DNA from: an uncultured Chloroflexia bacterium
Lineage (GTDB): Bacteria > Chloroflexota > Limnocylindria > QHBO01
Assembly: GCA_963814375.1 (NCBI GenBank)
Contig: CAWFCQ010000007.1
Coordinates: 32,001-96,000, forward strand
Direction of reading: 5' to 3'
Length of the DNA: 64,000 bases
Part shown: positions 62,615 to 64,000 of the stretch, piece by piece
Numbering within the stretch: position 1 is the stretch's first letter
Layout: the number at the start of each line of letters is the position of its first letter
Made by a program: the position numbers and the translations under genes
Notes under the pieces: generated by a model
Databases searched by the model: none
The model's input: only the letters and a program-made list of their open reading frames with translations
What the model was told of the DNA's origin: nothing

Positions 62615-63100
62615 ATGACCGATACGCCCGCGCTGGCGGCGCTCGCCGACTCGGGTATCGCCTTCGACGTGGTGCGCACCGAGCCCGCGCACAGCGCCGA
62701 GGAGAGCGCCGAGCTCCAGGGCATCGAGGTCGGCGCCCTGCTGCGCTCGATCGTCGTGCGGCGCGGGGACGACGACTACGTGTTCGTGCTCGTCCCCGGC
62801 GGGCGACGGTTCGACTGGCCGAAGCTCCGCGCTCATCTCGGCGTCAGCCGCCTCTCGCTGCCCGATGCGGATGAGGCTCGTGCGGCGACCGGCTACGAGC
62901 GCGGCGCGATCACGCCGTTCGGCGCCGCTCACGCCTGGCCGGTCATCGTCGACACCTCGGCAATGGCCTCCGAGCGGATAGCCGTCGGTGGCGGCGCTCG
63001 CGGGGTCAACCTTCACATGGCGCCCGCCGCGCTCGTCGATGCACTCGGGGCTGACGTCGTCGACGTCACCTCGGCGGAGCGACCCGGCACACCGAGATGA
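62615..63100 (+). CDS. YbaK/EbsC family aminoacyl-tRNA deacylase-like protein
   Basis: SAEESA, TGYERGAITPFG, VGGGARG. Confidence 0.85.
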   Translation: MTDTPALAALADSGIAFDVVRTEPAHSAEESAELQGIEVGALLRSIVVRRGDDDYVFVLVPGGRRFDWPKLRAHLGVSRLSLPDADEARAATGYERGAITPFGAAHAWPVIVDTSAMASERIAVGGGARGVNLHMAPAALVDALGADVVDVTSAERPGTPR

Positions 63101-63669
63101 CGCGCTCATTCACCGATGGCATCCTCGAGTCGCCCGAGCTCCCGCCGATGCGGATGCGGGTCGACCCCGCGCTGCGCTACATCGGTGCCACCAGCCTCGA
63201 GATCAAGGCGATCGCGCTGGCGGAACGCCATCACTGGGTGACGGCCCGCGACGGCACCGTGAGCCGCATGCTGGTGGTCCAGTTCGAGAGCTTCCTGCCG
63301 TCGAATGACGAGAGCTACCGCTATCGGCTCCCCGACCCGGTGACGATGGGAGGCGCGACGTGGGGCAGCTGGGTCTTCTGCTACGCGGTCGGCGGCGAGG
63401 AACCGGCCCCCGAGACGCTCGATACCGTGCGGCATCTGCGCGAGCGCGGCCTGGAGCTGGCGGACGAGCAGGTGATGGCGCGCTACGCCCGCATCATCGG
63501 CGGCGACGCCCGGCACGAGGTGCTGATCTTCTACCACGAGCCGCTGCGCGCCCTCGGCCACACGCTGGCGACGGCGTCGGTGGACGGCGAGCTGCGACCC
63601 GAGCACGCATCGCTGGGTCGCGACCTCAAGGCGCGAGCGCGTCGGGCGTTCAGCCTGCTCGACGCCTGA
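63097..63669 (+). CDS. Hypothetical protein
   Basis: ATGA overlap with ybaK-like gene; globular composition. Confidence 0.6.
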   Translation: MTRSFTDGILESPELPPMRMRVDPALRYIGATSLEIKAIALAERHHWVTARDGTVSRMLVVQFESFLPSNDESYRYRLPDPVTMGGATWGSWVFCYAVGGEEPAPETLDTVRHLRERGLELADEQVMARYARIIGGDARHEVLIFYHEPLRALGHTLATASVDGELRPEHASLGRDLKARARRAFSLLDA

Positions 63670-64000
63670 TCGGGCGCCGCACGATCGGCCGAGGAGCCGA
63701 GCTCTTGTTGGCCCGCCGGCGCTCGACTACCTCGAAACCGGCACCCTCGAACATCCCCACCGTTCCCTTGAAGGCAAGGGCCGCCGGCACGCGCTCGCCA
63801 TCGGTGTCGACCGGGTAGGCCTCGAGCAACGTCGCGCCGTGATCGCGGGCGTAATCGACGGCGGCGCTCGAGGAGGGCACGGGCGACGCCCTGGCCACGA
63901 GCGCTCCGTGCGACCACGAAGCAGACGATCGACCAGACCGGCTTGTCGTCGATCGGCGCCAGCACCTTCGAGTGCTGGAGACGCGCATAGTCGTCGCGGG
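63650..64000 (-). CDS. GNAT N-acetyltransferase (5' end outside window; frameshift)
   Basis: WSIVCFVV...RGQGVARALL...LEAYP...FKGTVGMFEGAGF. Confidence 0.85.
   Translation of the reverse strand, partial: PATTMRVSSTRRCWRRSTTSRSGRSSASWSHGALVARASPVPSSSAAVDYARDHGATLLEAYPVDTDGERVPAALAFKGTVGMFEGAGFEVVERRRANKSSAPRPIVRRPIRRRAG

Noticed and set aside
1-64000. Many frameshifted genes as pseudogenes or programmed frameshifts
   Set aside because: Single-base indels are scattered through all gene classes, including lysA, xylA and xylB, with no consistent slippery sites. Sequencing error is the simplest explanation.
1-64000. Long Arg/Pro-rich antisense and alternate-frame ORFs in the ORF track (e.g. 6450-8768, 19591-21738, 38489-40534)
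   Set aside because: These are shadow ORFs expected at high GC. They overlap well-supported genes and lack motifs.

Overview
High-GC bacterial chromosomal segment with about 65 genes. I found no rRNA, tRNA, CRISPR array, transposase or phage module. The gene style fits a monoderm soil/freshwater lineage such as Chloroflexota (Ca. Limnocylindria-like) or Actinomycetota, but this is inference only. More than 20 otherwise intact genes, including xylA, xylB and lysA, carry single-base frameshifts. This pattern points to uncorrected long-read error, so many coordinates are stitched across frames and approximate. Content: a stress-type operon behind a sigma54-like promoter (1.3-3.1 kb); an inositol cluster that lacks iolC/iolJ but has an atypical transaldolase-family gene, followed by a xylose cluster (4.6-23 kb); mixed housekeeping and transport genes (23-51 kb); and three complete plus one truncated paralogous ECF sigma/anti-sigma cassettes (51.8-60.9 kb). 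Main observations: (1) all three anti-sigma genes conserve an internal in-frame GGAGG-N9-ATG AAC AAC start just before the TM helix, suggesting two products per gene; (2) a shared TTGA[AG]-N19/20-C[CT]CATAC promoter precedes the three sigma genes and a neighbouring cupin gene; (3) a possible kinase-free inositol catabolic route; (4) two diverged copies of a symmetric ~170-bp non-coding element with four palindromic boxes spaced about 50/64/50 bp.
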